DNA of 64,000 nucleotides from Camelus ferus. Taxonomy: Eukaryota. Where the stretch lies: positions 22,446,001 to 22,510,000 of the forward strand of contig NC_045696.1 of assembly GCF_009834535.1 (NCBI RefSeq). The letters are read 5' to 3'. Made by a program: the position numbers and the translations under genes. Below the pieces are notes generated by a model. That model was not told the origin of the DNA, searched no databases, and worked only from the letters and a program-made list of their open reading frames with translations. This document shows positions 48,042 to 60,749 of this stretch, in pieces. Position 1 is the first letter of the stretch. Each line of letters begins with the position of its first letter.

Positions 48042-48454
48042 TTATCTTTTCCTTTTAAAAACATATGCGTAGATAAAATCACTAAGAAAATTTCAGTTAA
48101 GAAAAGTATAATTTATGAGAATTATAATAATTCATAATCACTAAACTATTAAGGGTACATAAAGCCTATTACAGGCGATAAAGTAGCCTGTGTGTTGTGA
48201 GCAACTCTATCTTTGTCGTCTTAAACTCCACTTCATTTATTCTACCTTAAAAGCAGATGGAAGTGTCAGTGACTGATTTTGATGTTATAATAATAACCTT
48301 GGAACAGCTGTATATTTTTAGAAGAAAATTATCTGTAAATCCCAGTGATTTAACTATTGATAGGTTGAACTACTTGTGACATGTTACCCAGCTGTTCATG
48401 ATGCAAGTGTGTCATGACGTTGGAGTTGTGAATTGCAACACTAGTTCAGTTTTG

Positions 48455-48800
48455 TATTTTTACAGACAGTAAAACTGAGACCTAAAGAGGGACCTACTTA
48501 AAACCTCATGGTGCACTTGTGACTGGACTGGGGCTGGGGAGGGAAGGAAGTCAACACAGAGCGTGTATTCTATGCGCCTGGTAGCGTCCTAGTCCTTTCC
48601 CATACATTCTCCCAAATTTTCACAACTCTTCAAGGTGGATGTTAATTTTTTTTGTTGTACAGAGGAGATAATAGATTTCCGACAGTGTAACAGCTTGTTT
48701 AATAACATATAGCAAATAAGTTACCCAGCAGGGATTTAACACGTGTCTAACTCTCTCATTACTCTGTTGTGCTTAAAAATAGAACCCATGCCTCTTAACT
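48455..48800. mobile_element. MIR fragments
   Basis: ttttacagacagtaaaactgagacctaaagag; tctcccaaattttcacaactct...tacagaggag. Confidence 0.55.
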
Positions 48801-50209
48801 TCAATTGTGTGCTATAAACCACATTAAAATTTCTCTCTAATAAAAAAAGTTTTAAAAAGACAAATACGTGCACTATTTTGGTATATGCAAGATGCATTCC
48901 TACACACAGACTTTTATTTCTCTCTGTAATTTGTTACATATTTTGCTGACTAGCTTCATAGCAAAGTAATACTTTCACTATGTCGTTAGGTCAACTATTG
49001 GTAACCACTGACAAAAAATACTTGAGCTGATCAAAAAGGGTCAGAAATGTTAGCAAAATCAGTGAAAATGATTGATCATATCTCCAAAAACACCTAGTTG
49101 ACAGTTTTTTTTTAACTAGTAATTAGGCTAAATTGTTATTTTGGCACTGTGTTGAATCAACATTAATCATTGAAAATTGATTATTGAGATAATTTAGGTA
49201 AAACTGCATTTAGTTAACGGCATGACGTTTATGGGAAATCTGAAAAAATAGTACTTTGCCTTCATTGTTATAGTCTATGAGACAATTGCTCAACCCTACA
49301 CTTTGTTCTGTACGGATGCTCTTTTTAATAAACATGAGTTATAACTGCAGTGATAATAGATTTCTTTCTTCTGTCATATCCCCATATAAACAGCCATTAA
49401 CTAATTTATTTTGGATGATGAATGATGAGCTACAGAATTTCTAGTTCAAAGTTGTGTTCAATTACATTTTTTTTTTACAATAACAAGAGTTGTGGTCAGA
49501 GGTGTCAGAATAATTTTAACTGTGGTTGATTCATTTATAAAACTTCCTTTGTGCTATTAGCATGTGTTTTTTTAGACCACAAATGTCTCTGTCATATTTT
49601 TATAAAGAATTTGCTTTTCATCTGAGAGCCTGAATTTGCTTAGTTGCTTTTATCATCTTAATCAACCATTTTGTCCCTCATGAATATACCTATCATCCAT
49701 CCATCCATCTCTTCTATAAATATACACTGTTTATAAATAATAGTTGATTTGTGGAAATAATCCCACTTTTAGTTTTTAAAATGCACTTTAGGAAGTTTGT
49801 GAATTTGGAATTCTTAAGAGGCTTCAGTTTATCTCAAAATAAAATGGAGAAGTTACGTTCTAATAGAAAATTAGATTTTCCCTGGAAATTAGGCTGACAC
49901 TATTGAGCTAACAGAAACTTTTTAAGCTAAAACTCTGAGTCTAGCTGCCATAGAACCATATCAATTATAGGTTTTTAAAAATATTTTTGAATGATCAAAA
50001 CTAAGTAGAATTTATATTCTTTTTTCTGTAGAATGAAACTACCAGTAACTAAAGTCAACACTGTAAGGAAGGAAGGAAGACAAGGCTACTACTGGTATTT
50101 TCCTATATAGCAAACTGCAGCTGCTCCAAATCTTTGTGGACTTGTCTAATTAGAAGGAAGAAAGGGAGGTAGGAGGGAAGCAAGGAAGGGAGGGAAAAAT
50201 GCATAAATA

Positions 50210-50605
50210 CGCTGCAGTAGACCTCCTCCCAGGGTGACCTGAGAGCTGACAGGAGTGCTTTTAAGGATACCGCAGAGGTGGGAAGCAAGCAGGATTAGGA
50301 GAAGGAGAAGTTGAACTGGGGCACAGTTGCAGAGGGCTCTCAGCTCTCCTGCGGGGAGACCTGGATTTGTGATGCTTCAGAGGCTTGCTAATTAAGTCAG
50401 AGGGACTGGGTCCCATTCATTGGTTGCAATCTGCTCCTGAGGTGGGGGGCATTGATGGACGCCGTGGGAAGTGGTTTCCTTTGGCCGAGGGCAAGTCTTG
50501 GGGAGGGGCTCACTGCAAGCCCTCAGCGATCAATGCTCCCAGGAGCCAGCAGATGAATAAGTGCTGAGAGTCAGATCCCGGCAGCACACACCCTCATCTG
50601 CCAGA
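50210..50605 (-). mobile_element. LTR16C-like ERVL LTR
   Basis: gcaggattaggagaaggagaagttgaactg...cctttggccgagggcaa...gggaggggctcactgcaagccctcagc. Confidence 0.7.
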
Positions 50606-51420
50606 CTCTTTTGACATCAGTGAGCCTTTATAAAGAATCTCCAGTATAAACATACCGTTAGAGACAATTCTGTAATTTCCCTGGCCTCCTCTATACTGAG
50701 GGTCCTACCTAAATTGCTGTTGGATCTACTGGCTGGGAACTTGTTTGGATCTTTGGGTTCTCTGCTCCAGGCCAGTCCTTCCCACCTCTCCTTATAGGAT
50801 GCTGGCTGATCCTGCTTAACATGGAACGGTATCTGGCAATGACCTCGGCTCCCCTACTTCCAGCCATTGTCAATATCTGTCTCTGTGGACTGAACTCCCT
50901 ACTTCTGGGTCCCATACATGTGAATGGATACATTAGTAGGGTACGAAAGGGACAAGGAGTGTGACACTCTCATGCCTTCAGTACCCTGGTAGGCCTCTGA
51001 ATCCCTCCTTTACTGTTAGCTGGTCGTCCAGCAGCTCTGGCCCGGCTACAGTGAACTCGCTTCTCTGGGGCCTTATCTTACTCCCCAGCTCTGAAGCCAG
51101 ATTCAGACTCATTCTGACTTAGCCCTAAACTTAACTCCACAACATTAAAACAATGGGAATATCTTACACACTGATCATGCTAATCATTCACCTGTAGTTT
51201 CAAGTTGCAAGAATTTTGCAAGACAAATTTCGAGCTGTGGAAAATTTGTGTATCACATATAAAGCTGGATGGAGTTTTGTGAGTTTTTTTAACAGTTAAA
51301 ATCTAGTGTGGCCTTAGCCAAGCTGAACTTACTAGAGGTTGGGGCCTTTATTTCTGAATCCCATACTGTACACAATTAATCTTGCATACACTGCGAGTTT
51401 ACAGCTGTATTGAAAATGAA

Positions 51421-51465
51421 TGGATTTAACACACTATGATTTGTTGGATTTAACACACTATGATT
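51421..51465. repeat. Perfect 21-bp direct duplication (24-bp period)
   Basis: TGGATTTAACACACTATGATT at 51421-51441 and 51445-51465. Confidence 0.95.
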
Positions 51466-52067
51466 CTAAACCAAAACAAGAGAATTACTTTGATTCATTA
51501 AATCACTTTGCTTGTTCTGTCTTGATTTCTGCTTAGCTACATCATTCACAAAAAAAGAGGAGGGAGATGTGATAGTTTGTTTATTCTCTTCTCTGTTTTA
51601 TTTCCAGATAGATTGTTTGTATCTGTTTTATTTTTTTATTCTAGCTTTAGGCTTAATCTACTGCTTCAATCCAAAAGACAGTGCCCGTATTTCCCAATCG
51701 GATAACCAGTAAGGGAAAAAAAATCATCCCTATAGTAATAAAGACGCACTTTAGAGAAACAAAACGATATTCTATATGTAAAATAAAAACTCTTTGGTTG
51801 AACTGACATGAAAACACTGGGATTCCACCAGAAAGTGTTTCTTTTCAGTGACAGACGTTGGGACTTTAAGCACTTGACGTATATAAAAAATTCAATCAAA
51901 CCAACTTAAGGGCAAAAAGAAAGCCATATTATTTAAGCCTTGAATTCTGAAGTCTTAAATGTATGAAGTATACTTTGCCAGAATCATACCCGAAATTTTT
52001 TCCCTCAACAAACATTTAACAAACATCCAATATAGCTATACTATCACACTAAAAGTGATGTGTTCTC

Positions 52068-52312
52068 TGTTGGTGGGAATGTAAATTAATGCAGTCACTA
52101 TGAAAAATAGTATGATGTTTCCTTAAAAAGCTAAAAATAGACTTACCATATGGTCCAGTAACCCACTCCTGGGTATATATCCAGAAAAGACAAAAACTCT
52201 CATTCAAAAAGATACATGTACCCCAATATTCATAGCAGCATTATTTAAAATAGCCAAGACATGGAAACAATCCAAGTGCCCATCAACAGACGATTGACTT
52301 AGGAAGATGTGG

Positions 52313-52350
<38 letters not shown>

Positions 52351-53270
52351 AAATGAAATTCTGCCATTTGCAGCAACATGGATGGACCTAGAGAATATTA
52401 TACTTAGTAAATATATGATATCACTCATATGTGGAACTTAAAAGTAATACAAGTGATATATACAAAACAAAAATAGACTCACACATAGAAAACAGACTTA
52501 TGGTTATGATAAAGGAAATTTTCACATGTTAAGATATAGGGAAGTCATTTTGGCTTATACATAAGTTAACTTGAATTTTTATGCTAACTAAAATAGCCTG
52601 TTTGTGGCCTATCAGACATAATTGTACATCTGCTTTAATTATTAAAGAAAAGGGCATATTGACCAGAAGTAAAGAATGTCCATGTTAAAAATAAAGATGA
52701 AATGCCTGTCTTCCTGGGACACTAATGTTAGTATTCCTTTGATGATAGGGCTCCGTTCCCAGGTGCCAAGACCATGTCGACTTGCTGTGTATGTGCTGAT
52801 CTGTGTTTTTTTTTTTTTTTTTTAATCTTGGAGGAATGTATCTCTGAATCGTCTAAGGTTCTTTGTTCTGACAAGATATAAAACTGTACTGGAAGCCATG
52901 CTTCTCCGGAGCAGTGCCTCAGAGTAATCTGGGAAGTTAGCTTCTGGGCTAGTCCTCAGTTTGGCTCAAATCAAACTCTTTTCTATTCTTATTATTGATT
53001 GTTTATTGATTATTTTTGTTGAAAGTTATCAAAGGGGAAAGTTGGAGGAGAAATAAATGAGGAGCATGGGATTGATAGATACAAACTACTATACATAGAA
53101 TAGCTAAGTAACAAGGATTTACTGTAGAGCACAGGGAACTATATTCAATATCTTGTAATAACCTATAATGGAAAAGAATCTGAAAAATATAACTGAATCA
53201 CTTTGCTGAACACCAGAAACTGACACAACATTGTAAATCAACTATACTTCAATTAAGAAATTAAAGAAAA
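52068..53270 (+). mobile_element. 5'-truncated L1 3' end with an internal (TG)n and a nested LTR
   Basis: ORF2-end motifs (tgttggtgggaatgtaaatt; tagccaagacatggaaacaa). The 3' UTR resumes after 53024. TSD-like tgatgtgttctc / tggtgtgttctc. Confidence 0.9.
52507..53024 (+). mobile_element. Solo LTR, ERV1-type, inserted in the L1 3' UTR
   Basis: Interrupts the L1 motif ttatggtta|tcaaagggg. 4-bp TSD GTTA (52503-06 and 53025-28), TG start, TATA-like gatataaaa (~52875), R-like tagtcctcagtttggctcaaatcaaactc. Confidence 0.8.
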
Positions 53271-53289
53271 AGGAATGGTGTGTTCTCAA

Positions 53290-53605
53290 GAGTGACATCA
53301 GCAATATGGCTGCTGAATAAGATGTCCCTTGTCACATTCCTCCCACTCCCCCAACAAAAACGATGTGGCATCCATCCATGGACAAAAGTGCCTTTGTGGG
53401 AGCTGTGAGATCTGTACCATATGCCAAGGGATGGGGAGGAGTCTCGCCCACCTGTGCATTGGGTGTTAGGCATACAGACCTCATCTCAGCTATGCACCCC
53501 GCAGGGTCCCCTGAACTGGCTCCAGCACCGCTTGGTTATGATTCAGGAGCCCATGGGAAACACTGTCTTAGGCAATCACCCATAGAGGAGAAAAATTAAA
53601 AAAGA
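53290..53605 (+). mobile_element. Isolated L1 5' UTR start (L1M2/L1M3-like)
   Basis: Begins gagtgacatcagcaatatggc (compare the L1 5' terminus GAGTGACGTCAGCAAGATGGC), includes catccatggacaaaagtgcctttgtgggagct, and ends in an A-rich tract. Confidence 0.65.
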
Positions 53606-54489
53606 AATGCTACTTTATGCCTTTTATGTAACTTGTTTCACTTTCCTTTATTAACTTTTTAAACACACATCCTGTAATCCTTACAGCTTCTGCCAAAACT
53701 TGAGTAAGTCTTGAGAATTCCTTGCCGTGTTACTTTTCTGTGATACAAAAAGAATTACTTTGTCTCTTTCCTCCCTTCTTCGTAGTCTTCCTCTTCTTCC
53801 TTATGTTTTTTCTCTTTTACCTCCCCTCTTTCTTCTCTCTTTTATTTATTCATAAGCTTAGTTTTATTCTTATGCTTCTCCATTTTCACCATCTCTCCTT
53901 CGCCTTCTCATATTTTGTTTTCTTTTTTCTCATATTTTTTTCTTTATTGAGGATGTATCGTATGTAGGATACTGTCGTGTATTGTAACGTATGTACGCAA
54001 AGGCCATAAGAAAGGGTTATTGCCCTACACTGACTCATGTTCTTGAATGGTAACAATTCTTACCAATATCTTTCCTAAGAATTAAGATAATTAAAATTAA
54101 GTCAAAAGAAAAATTTCTAACATTACTGCCTAGACAATAAATAAATAATATTATTTTGTGTAATGCTAGATTATAATGCTAGAAAAACAAAATCTTTTGT
54201 GTTCATTTTTATACTGTATCTATACATGCAACTGGTTTAAATTCATTTAAAGCATTTGATTTATGTCACCAATTCTTTTTTTGACATTCTGTGGACTGCT
54301 TAAAATCAAACATCCAACTCCACCAGAAGTAAGCTTAATGATTTTTGTCAATTTCACTTTCTATTTTTGTCCTTTCATATAAAAGAGCCACCTAAGAGTA
54401 TTATCACTCACATGTTATTATCCAGAAATCCTTTATTTCTATTTTCTAATATAACAGGTTGTCAAGTAATGCAAAGATTCTAACGTTTT

Positions 54490-54640
54490 ACCCGTTTGCA
54501 AGATAAGAAGTTGTTAGCCTGCCACAGTTTTGTGGATGCTGTCAGAAGATGCAAGACTGCTGGGTCAGAGCCAAGGTTTATCACCCACAGAATTAGCAGC
54601 AGACAGAGGATCATCCACATCCCATATCAGAATCATTTCT
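54490..54640 (-). mobile_element. ERVL LTR fragment (MER54/MER74 group)
   Basis: gttagcctgccacagttttgtggatgctgtcagaagatgcaagactgctgggtcagag. Confidence 0.6.
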
Positions 54641-55252
54641 GTGAGACCAGGTCAAAATGGTTAGATGGCGGGCTACCCTTATCTGAATCTTACAGGAAAA
54701 AAAGCTTTAATGGCTACTGCTGATGGCTAACTTCATAAAAAGACCACTGAAATAATACGTTGCTTAAGCAAAGTGAAGTTTATTATTCTCCAGTAAAGGA
54801 GACCACCTTCTTAACAAAATTTTAGTGTCTTAGAAAAGGACAGATCAAGGGAAAATATTTGTAAGAATTTGGGGACTGGTTTTAGGGTGTCTGTAAATGA
54901 CAGGGGACTAATTGGGATTGAACAATCCTCATAATATAATAGTTTAGAATTAGTGAACACAGCAAGGTGAGGTCTTGAATTGCTTTGATAATTAAACAGT
55001 CTTTTGATAAGCAAGTAATTTGCCATTTCACGTTATGTATTGTCCGTGGGAGGAGCTGTTTACTCTAGTGAGCAGCCTATTGCTTTGAGAGGGGGCTAGT
55101 TGAAGAGTTGATTATTTGGATGGATTTTCAGTATTCCTGCAACTTTATCTTACTGGGCAAGCATTTCCTGCAATAGTAGTCATGTTCATATACGCAGTCC
55201 TAGTTCTTGTTCCTACTAAGATGTTTACTTGTATGCAGTTTGTTCTCTCATG
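54640..55252 (-). mobile_element. Probable old LTR, family uncertain
   Basis: tgtgag start and ...ctctca end, antisense poly(A) context (gaagtttattatt), LTR-like length and composition. Confidence 0.4.
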
Positions 55253-55543
55253 ACATTAATTTGTTAATCCAAAGATATTATTTAATTGATTAAAGGATAG
55301 AAAATTTGTGGATAGGAGAGATGAAGATGTAATCTGGAAGAAATGGAGACATGGGCCAAGGGCTGAGAGGCGGAGGCTACGGTGTGATGGTAGAATGCTC
55401 AACCTACTTGATGAATAACAGGACAGAGCTGAGCAGATGGAGTGAGTATCAAACCCAGAACAGGTGGGAAAGATAGTTCAGGCAACAGGCAATGTGGGAG
55501 GAGCTTCTGCGGCTGCCCAAAGGCACCAGAACCAGCTAGGCAT

Positions 55544-56183
55544 ATGTGGCATAATAAAGAATTTGCCTGGATTCTTTTCTATGTTCCTGACATGGAGCTC
55601 CTAAAACCCCTTGGAGCCTCCTGAGTGATGGGAATCTTTATTATGCTAACGAGGTGATTCATGGTAGTCCCCTAAGTAGCTTCCAGGTAGGGGGCTGGTC
55701 ACCAGGAAAACCAACCGTGTGATTAGAAGGCTGTAACTTTGGGCTAGCCTGACCTCAGGGGAGGAGAAGAGGGCTGGAGATTGGGTTTGGTCATGTGGCT
55801 AATATTTAGTCAATCATACCTATGTAAAGAAACCCAGTAAAAACTCTGGACACCGAAGCCCAGTGGAGTTTCCTGGTTGGTGAGGTGCCCTTTGTAATAA
55901 AACTCTACTCATACGTATAGCACTTTTCTGAGTTCTGTGAGTTGTTCTAATGAATTATTAAACCTGAGGGGCTCAAGGAGATCTCCTGGATTGATAGCCA
56001 GTTGGTCAGAAGTACAGGTGGCCTGGGAGACCCTTTGAGACTTGCAATTGGCCTCGAAAGTAAGAGTAGTCTTCTGGAAGACTGGGTCCTTAAACATGGA
56101 ATCTGATGCTAACTTAGTGTCATAACTGGATGGCAGTACACCCAATTGGTGCGAGACTATTTGGAGTGGAAATGGAATCACAT
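55544..56183 (+). mobile_element. MER21-family LTR
   Basis: gagctcctaaaaccccttgga...ggggctggtcacca...tcaatcatacctatgtaa...ctgagttctgtgagttgttcta...atagccagttggtcagaagtacagg. Confidence 0.9.
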
Positions 56184-58764
56184 ACCACTGAATAAATTAC
56201 TTCCCTAGATTTAAGTGGGAAGAAATTTTCAGCTACCTTAGGTAGAAACAGGAAGCAGGAACTGAGAACTATATTCCTAGTAAAACTAAGAAAAATAAAG
56301 GAAAGGGAAATACAATTTTAAAAACAGTTTTCTTTAAAAAAATCATTAAAGTCTTAAGAGTTATCACACTACTTTCAAATTCAGAAATACATAATATGAT
56401 CTTCATTTCTTTGTGGTTTTGCTTTTCTGATTGTATCAGCCTTTTATAATAACAAACACAACTTTCTATTTCTTAAGAATTTTTCTTAAACAAAGACTGT
56501 ATTCTAAGTCTAACAGAACACATCATGGTTGATTTAATTTCCCTGGATATTTTAATGCTCTAAAGGAAGGAAGAAGAGGAGGGAAGCAGAAGATGTATAT
56601 TCAAAATCCCTACCAGAATACTCAGAGCAGCTTCAATCGCTGGAGGAATTTTACTCTTTTTCACACCTGCAGCTATAGAAAGCAGTAGTTCCCCAGCTAA
56701 TTGAAATAAAATCATACTGAAATTGCTAGAGGTGAAGTGTTCAAGTTGCAGACTTTGCTGCTGAAAACATATCAGTAACATTTGAGTTTTTTTTTTCTAT
56801 TTTATTTTTTGCTTCTTTAGAAAAGAGAAACACCAGCTATCAAAGAGAACAAGGAGAATGGAAGATAAACATAACCAAGTCTCTTTACTTCAATCTCATC
56901 TCATAAAATGTATAACAATGGAGGAACATTTTATACTTATCCTTGTCATTACCACAAAAGCTTAGAAAACGTAGTAAAAAAGCATCTTTCTTTGTTGACT
57001 CTTGTGAATATGCATCTCTGTTGTTTGTGAAAATGACTGGAAACAGAGATCTAAGTTATTTACAGACTAGAGCAGGACTTGTAAATAACCTCCGTACTAG
57101 TACCAAAATTATTCACTGGTATCCAAGAAAGACTTCCCTGGAGAAGGCTGCTATGACCTTTAGTTCACCATACCTTTAGCAGAACTACTGCTCATTACGA
57201 GAGAAGCTCACCAGGTTTAGTTTACACAAAGGAGATGGGTGATAAATACCAGCAAACGTAAAATTATTAGACTAAGAAGGCTAGTAGCTTTAATAAAATG
57301 TGACATATGTTAAATGTACACCAGAGTGTAAACCATGTTTTAGTATCAATTGCTGATCCTTACCTGATTAAATTATTACATTGGGGTTGGAAAATGATGT
57401 TTTTTTCTGATTATCACATTTATTTTATATTTATTATCTGGCATTCTTCTCCAAAGAAGAGTTTTTGTTGATAGTTCTTAAACATGCAACTGGTATTTTA
57501 TATCAAGCTTGTATCCTAATACTTTTCTAAACTGACTTATTCTAGAAGTTTTCATGTGTGTGTATTTCAAAGGGTTTTCTAAACAGATGACCACACTCTC
57601 TGTGAATAAAGATAGGTTTTCTTCCTCCTTTCCAATTTGCATGGCTTTAATTTTTTTCCCCCTACCTAATTGTTGTGGATAGAAGCCCTAGTGCAATATT
57701 GAATAGAAGAGTTGAGAGTGGACATCCCTGTCTTGTTCCTAATTTTAGGGGGATAGCAGTTGGTTTGCCACCATTAAATATGGTATTAGTTTGGATTTTT
57801 CATAGATGCTCCTTATCAGGTTTAGAGATTTACTTTCTATGATTTGTTTTGTTTTTATTAGTAATAGAAGTTGAAATAATTCAAAATATTTTTTTTCGTG
57901 TATTGAAAGGAACACATGCTTTGCCTTTTTTTAATTTGTTAATATGGTGAATTATGTTGACTGACTTTCAGATGTTAAACTAACCTTAAATTTCTTGAAT
58001 GAACCCTACTTGATCATAGTGTATTATCTTTTATGTATAGTGACATTTCTTCCCTAAAATTTGATTTGAACTTTTTTTTAAGATCCGGATTAATGAGGGA
58101 TATTCATTAGTTTTATTTTCTTATAATGTCTTTGGTTTTGATGTCAGGGTAATTCTGGCATTATAGAATTATTTGGGAATTACTAATTTCTTTTTAAGTG
58201 TTTGGAAGCATATGTGTAGAATTAATATTTTTTTCCTTAAATTGGGAGAAATAATCTTGAAAACTATTTGTGTCTGGAATTTTCTTTGTGGGAAAATTAA
58301 CTACCAGCAAACATTTTAGTAGATAACATTTCCATTTCTTTTTGAGTGGGCATTTGTAACTATTTTTCAAGGAATTTTTCCATTTCATGTTTCTGAATTT
58401 GTTGCCATAAATATGTTTATCTTTTAGACATCCATAGACTCTAAAGTGATGTTACTTCTCTCATTCCTGATACTGGCAATTGTCATCTTCTGTCTTTTAA
58501 TTTTTTTCTGATCAGCCTGGCTAGAGGTATGTCAATTTTATTGATATTCTTAAAGAACCAGTTTGGGGTTTCATTGATTGAAAAAAAAATCTGATTTCTA
58601 GATAATTGATTTCTGCTCTGATATTTATTTTATTTCTTTCTTCTTTCTACTTTGGAAGCTGATGTCGTTGACTGAGATGATTCCTACTTTCCAGTAAAAG
58701 TATTAAGTGCTTTAAATTTCTTTCTAAATACTATTTTCATGGCATCCTACACATTTTGATACAT

Positions 58765-59191
58765 TGTGTTAGTTTCCTGGGGCTGCCATAGCAAAGTACC
58801 ATAAACTGTTAACAACAGAAATTTATTTTATCATAGTTCTGGAGGCTAGAAGTTCTAAATCAAGCCCTGCTCCCTCTGAGACTCTGGGTGGAATCCTTCC
58901 TTGCCCCTTCCTAGCTTCTGGTGGTGGCAGTGATCCTTGGTGAACCTTGGCTTGTAGGTGTGTCACTCCAGTCTCTGCCTCTGTCATCATGTGATGGTCT
59001 TCCTGTGTGTCTCTCCTCTTCTTGTAAGACCATCAGTCATTTTGGATCAAGGGCCAACCTTATCCAGTTATTACCTCTTCTTAACAAATTATACCAGTAA
59101 TGACCCTATTTTCAAACAAGGTCACATTTTGAGATACTGGGGGTTTAGAACTTGAACATAACTTGGGGGATACACAATTGAATTCATAAGA
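58765..59191 (-). mobile_element. MaLR solo LTR (MLT1C-like) nested in L1
   Basis: tgtgttagtttcctggggctgccatagcaaagtacc...gttctggaggctagaag...acaaggtcacatt...gatacacaattgaa. Confidence 0.9.
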
Positions 59192-59525
59192 GTTGTGTTT
59201 TAATTTTCATTTTGTTCAAAATGCATTTTAGTTTGTCTTTGGACTTCTTTTTTTATACCTATGGATTATTTAAAAGCATATTTTTTAGTTTTCAAATATT
59301 GGAGAATTTTCAATTCAATTTTTTTGTGACTCGGAATTCTTATGGCCTTGTGTGATACTGAAAAATATCTTTATTTTGATTTCATTTTTCAAAGACATTT
59401 TCTATGGGTGTAGCATTGTAGGTAGTCGGTTTTCTTTTCCTCTCAATACTTTGGACAAATTGCTCCAGTGTCTTCCTTCCTGCATTGTTTCCTACAGAAA
59501 ATCTATTCTCAGTTTTATGTCTCTC

Positions 59526-60450
59526 TTTTTTATTTTTATTGAAGTATGATGTATCAGTTTCTGGTGTACAACATAATGTTTCCATCATGCATACACATAC
59601 ATATATTTGTTTTCATGTTCCTTTTCATTATAAGTTACTACAAGATACTGAATATAGTTCCCTGTTCTATACAGAAGAAATGTGTTGTACATCTATTTTA
59701 TGTATAGTAGTTGGTATCTGCAAATCTCGAACTCCTGATTTATCCCTTCCCGTGCTCTTTCCCCCCGGCAACCGTAAGTTTGTTTTTTATGTCTGTGAGT
59801 CTGTTTCTGTTTTGTAAATAAATTCATTTGTGATTTTTTTTTAGATTCCATATATGTGATATCATATAGTATTTTTCTTTCTCTTGCTGGCTTACTTCAC
59901 TAAGGATGACGATTTCCAGGTCTAACCATGTTGCTGCAAATGACATTATTTTATTCTTTTTTTATGGCTGAGTTGAATTTCATTGTGTGTGTGTGTGTGT
60001 GTGTATAATATATATATCACAACTTCTTTATCACATCATCTATTGATGGACATTTAGGTTGTTTCTGTGTCTTGACTATTATGAATAGTGCTGTGAACAA
60101 TGGGTTGCATGTATCTTTTTGGGTAAGAGTTTTCTCTGGATATATGCCCAGGATTGGGATTGCTGGATCATATTGCAACTCTATTTTTGGTCTTTTAAGA
60201 AACCTCCATATTGTTTCCCATAGTGGCTGCACCAGTTTACATTCCTACCAACAATGTAGGAGAGTTCCCTTTCTTCCACACTCTTTGCAGCATTTGTAGA
60301 CTTTTTAATAATGGTCATTCTGATTGGTGTAAGGTGGTCTCTCATTGTAGTTTTAATTTGCGTTTCTCTAATAATTAGCAATGTTGAGCATCTTTTCATG
60401 TGCCTATTGGCCATCTGTATGTCTTCTTTGGAGAAATGTCTATTTAAGTC
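59526..60450 (-). mobile_element. Camelid-type L1 3' end
   Basis: 3' UTR similar to the 4986 and 30712 copies. ORFs 60017..60232 and 60181..60414 are frameshifted ORF2 C-terminal pieces ([11 protein letters not shown]..., [15 protein letters not shown]). Confidence 0.93.
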
Positions 60451-60749
60451 TCCATTATTATATCTTTAAGTTCACTACTTTTTCTTCTTTAATGTCTATC
60501 ACCATTAATCTCATTCAGAGAATTTTTTACCTTAGTCAATATAGTTTTTGATCTCTAGAAGTTTCATTAGGTTAAAAATATCTTCCATGTCTAACTTTTT
60601 GGACATATGGAATATAGTTAAAACAACACTTTTAATGTATTTGCTTGCTAATTCCAACATCTGTATCAGTTCTGGGTCAGATTCATTATGTTGAATTACC
60701 TGTTGTCTCATGATGAGTCATATTTTCCTGATCTTTGCACGTCTGGTAT

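Noticed and set aside
51421..51465. Direct repeats as a CRISPR-like array
   Set aside because: Only two copies with a 3-bp spacer, in a mammalian context with no cas genes.
53722..53967. Hydrophobic 81-aa ORF resembling a membrane protein
   Set aside because: It arises from a T/C-rich low-complexity tract and starts at TTG.
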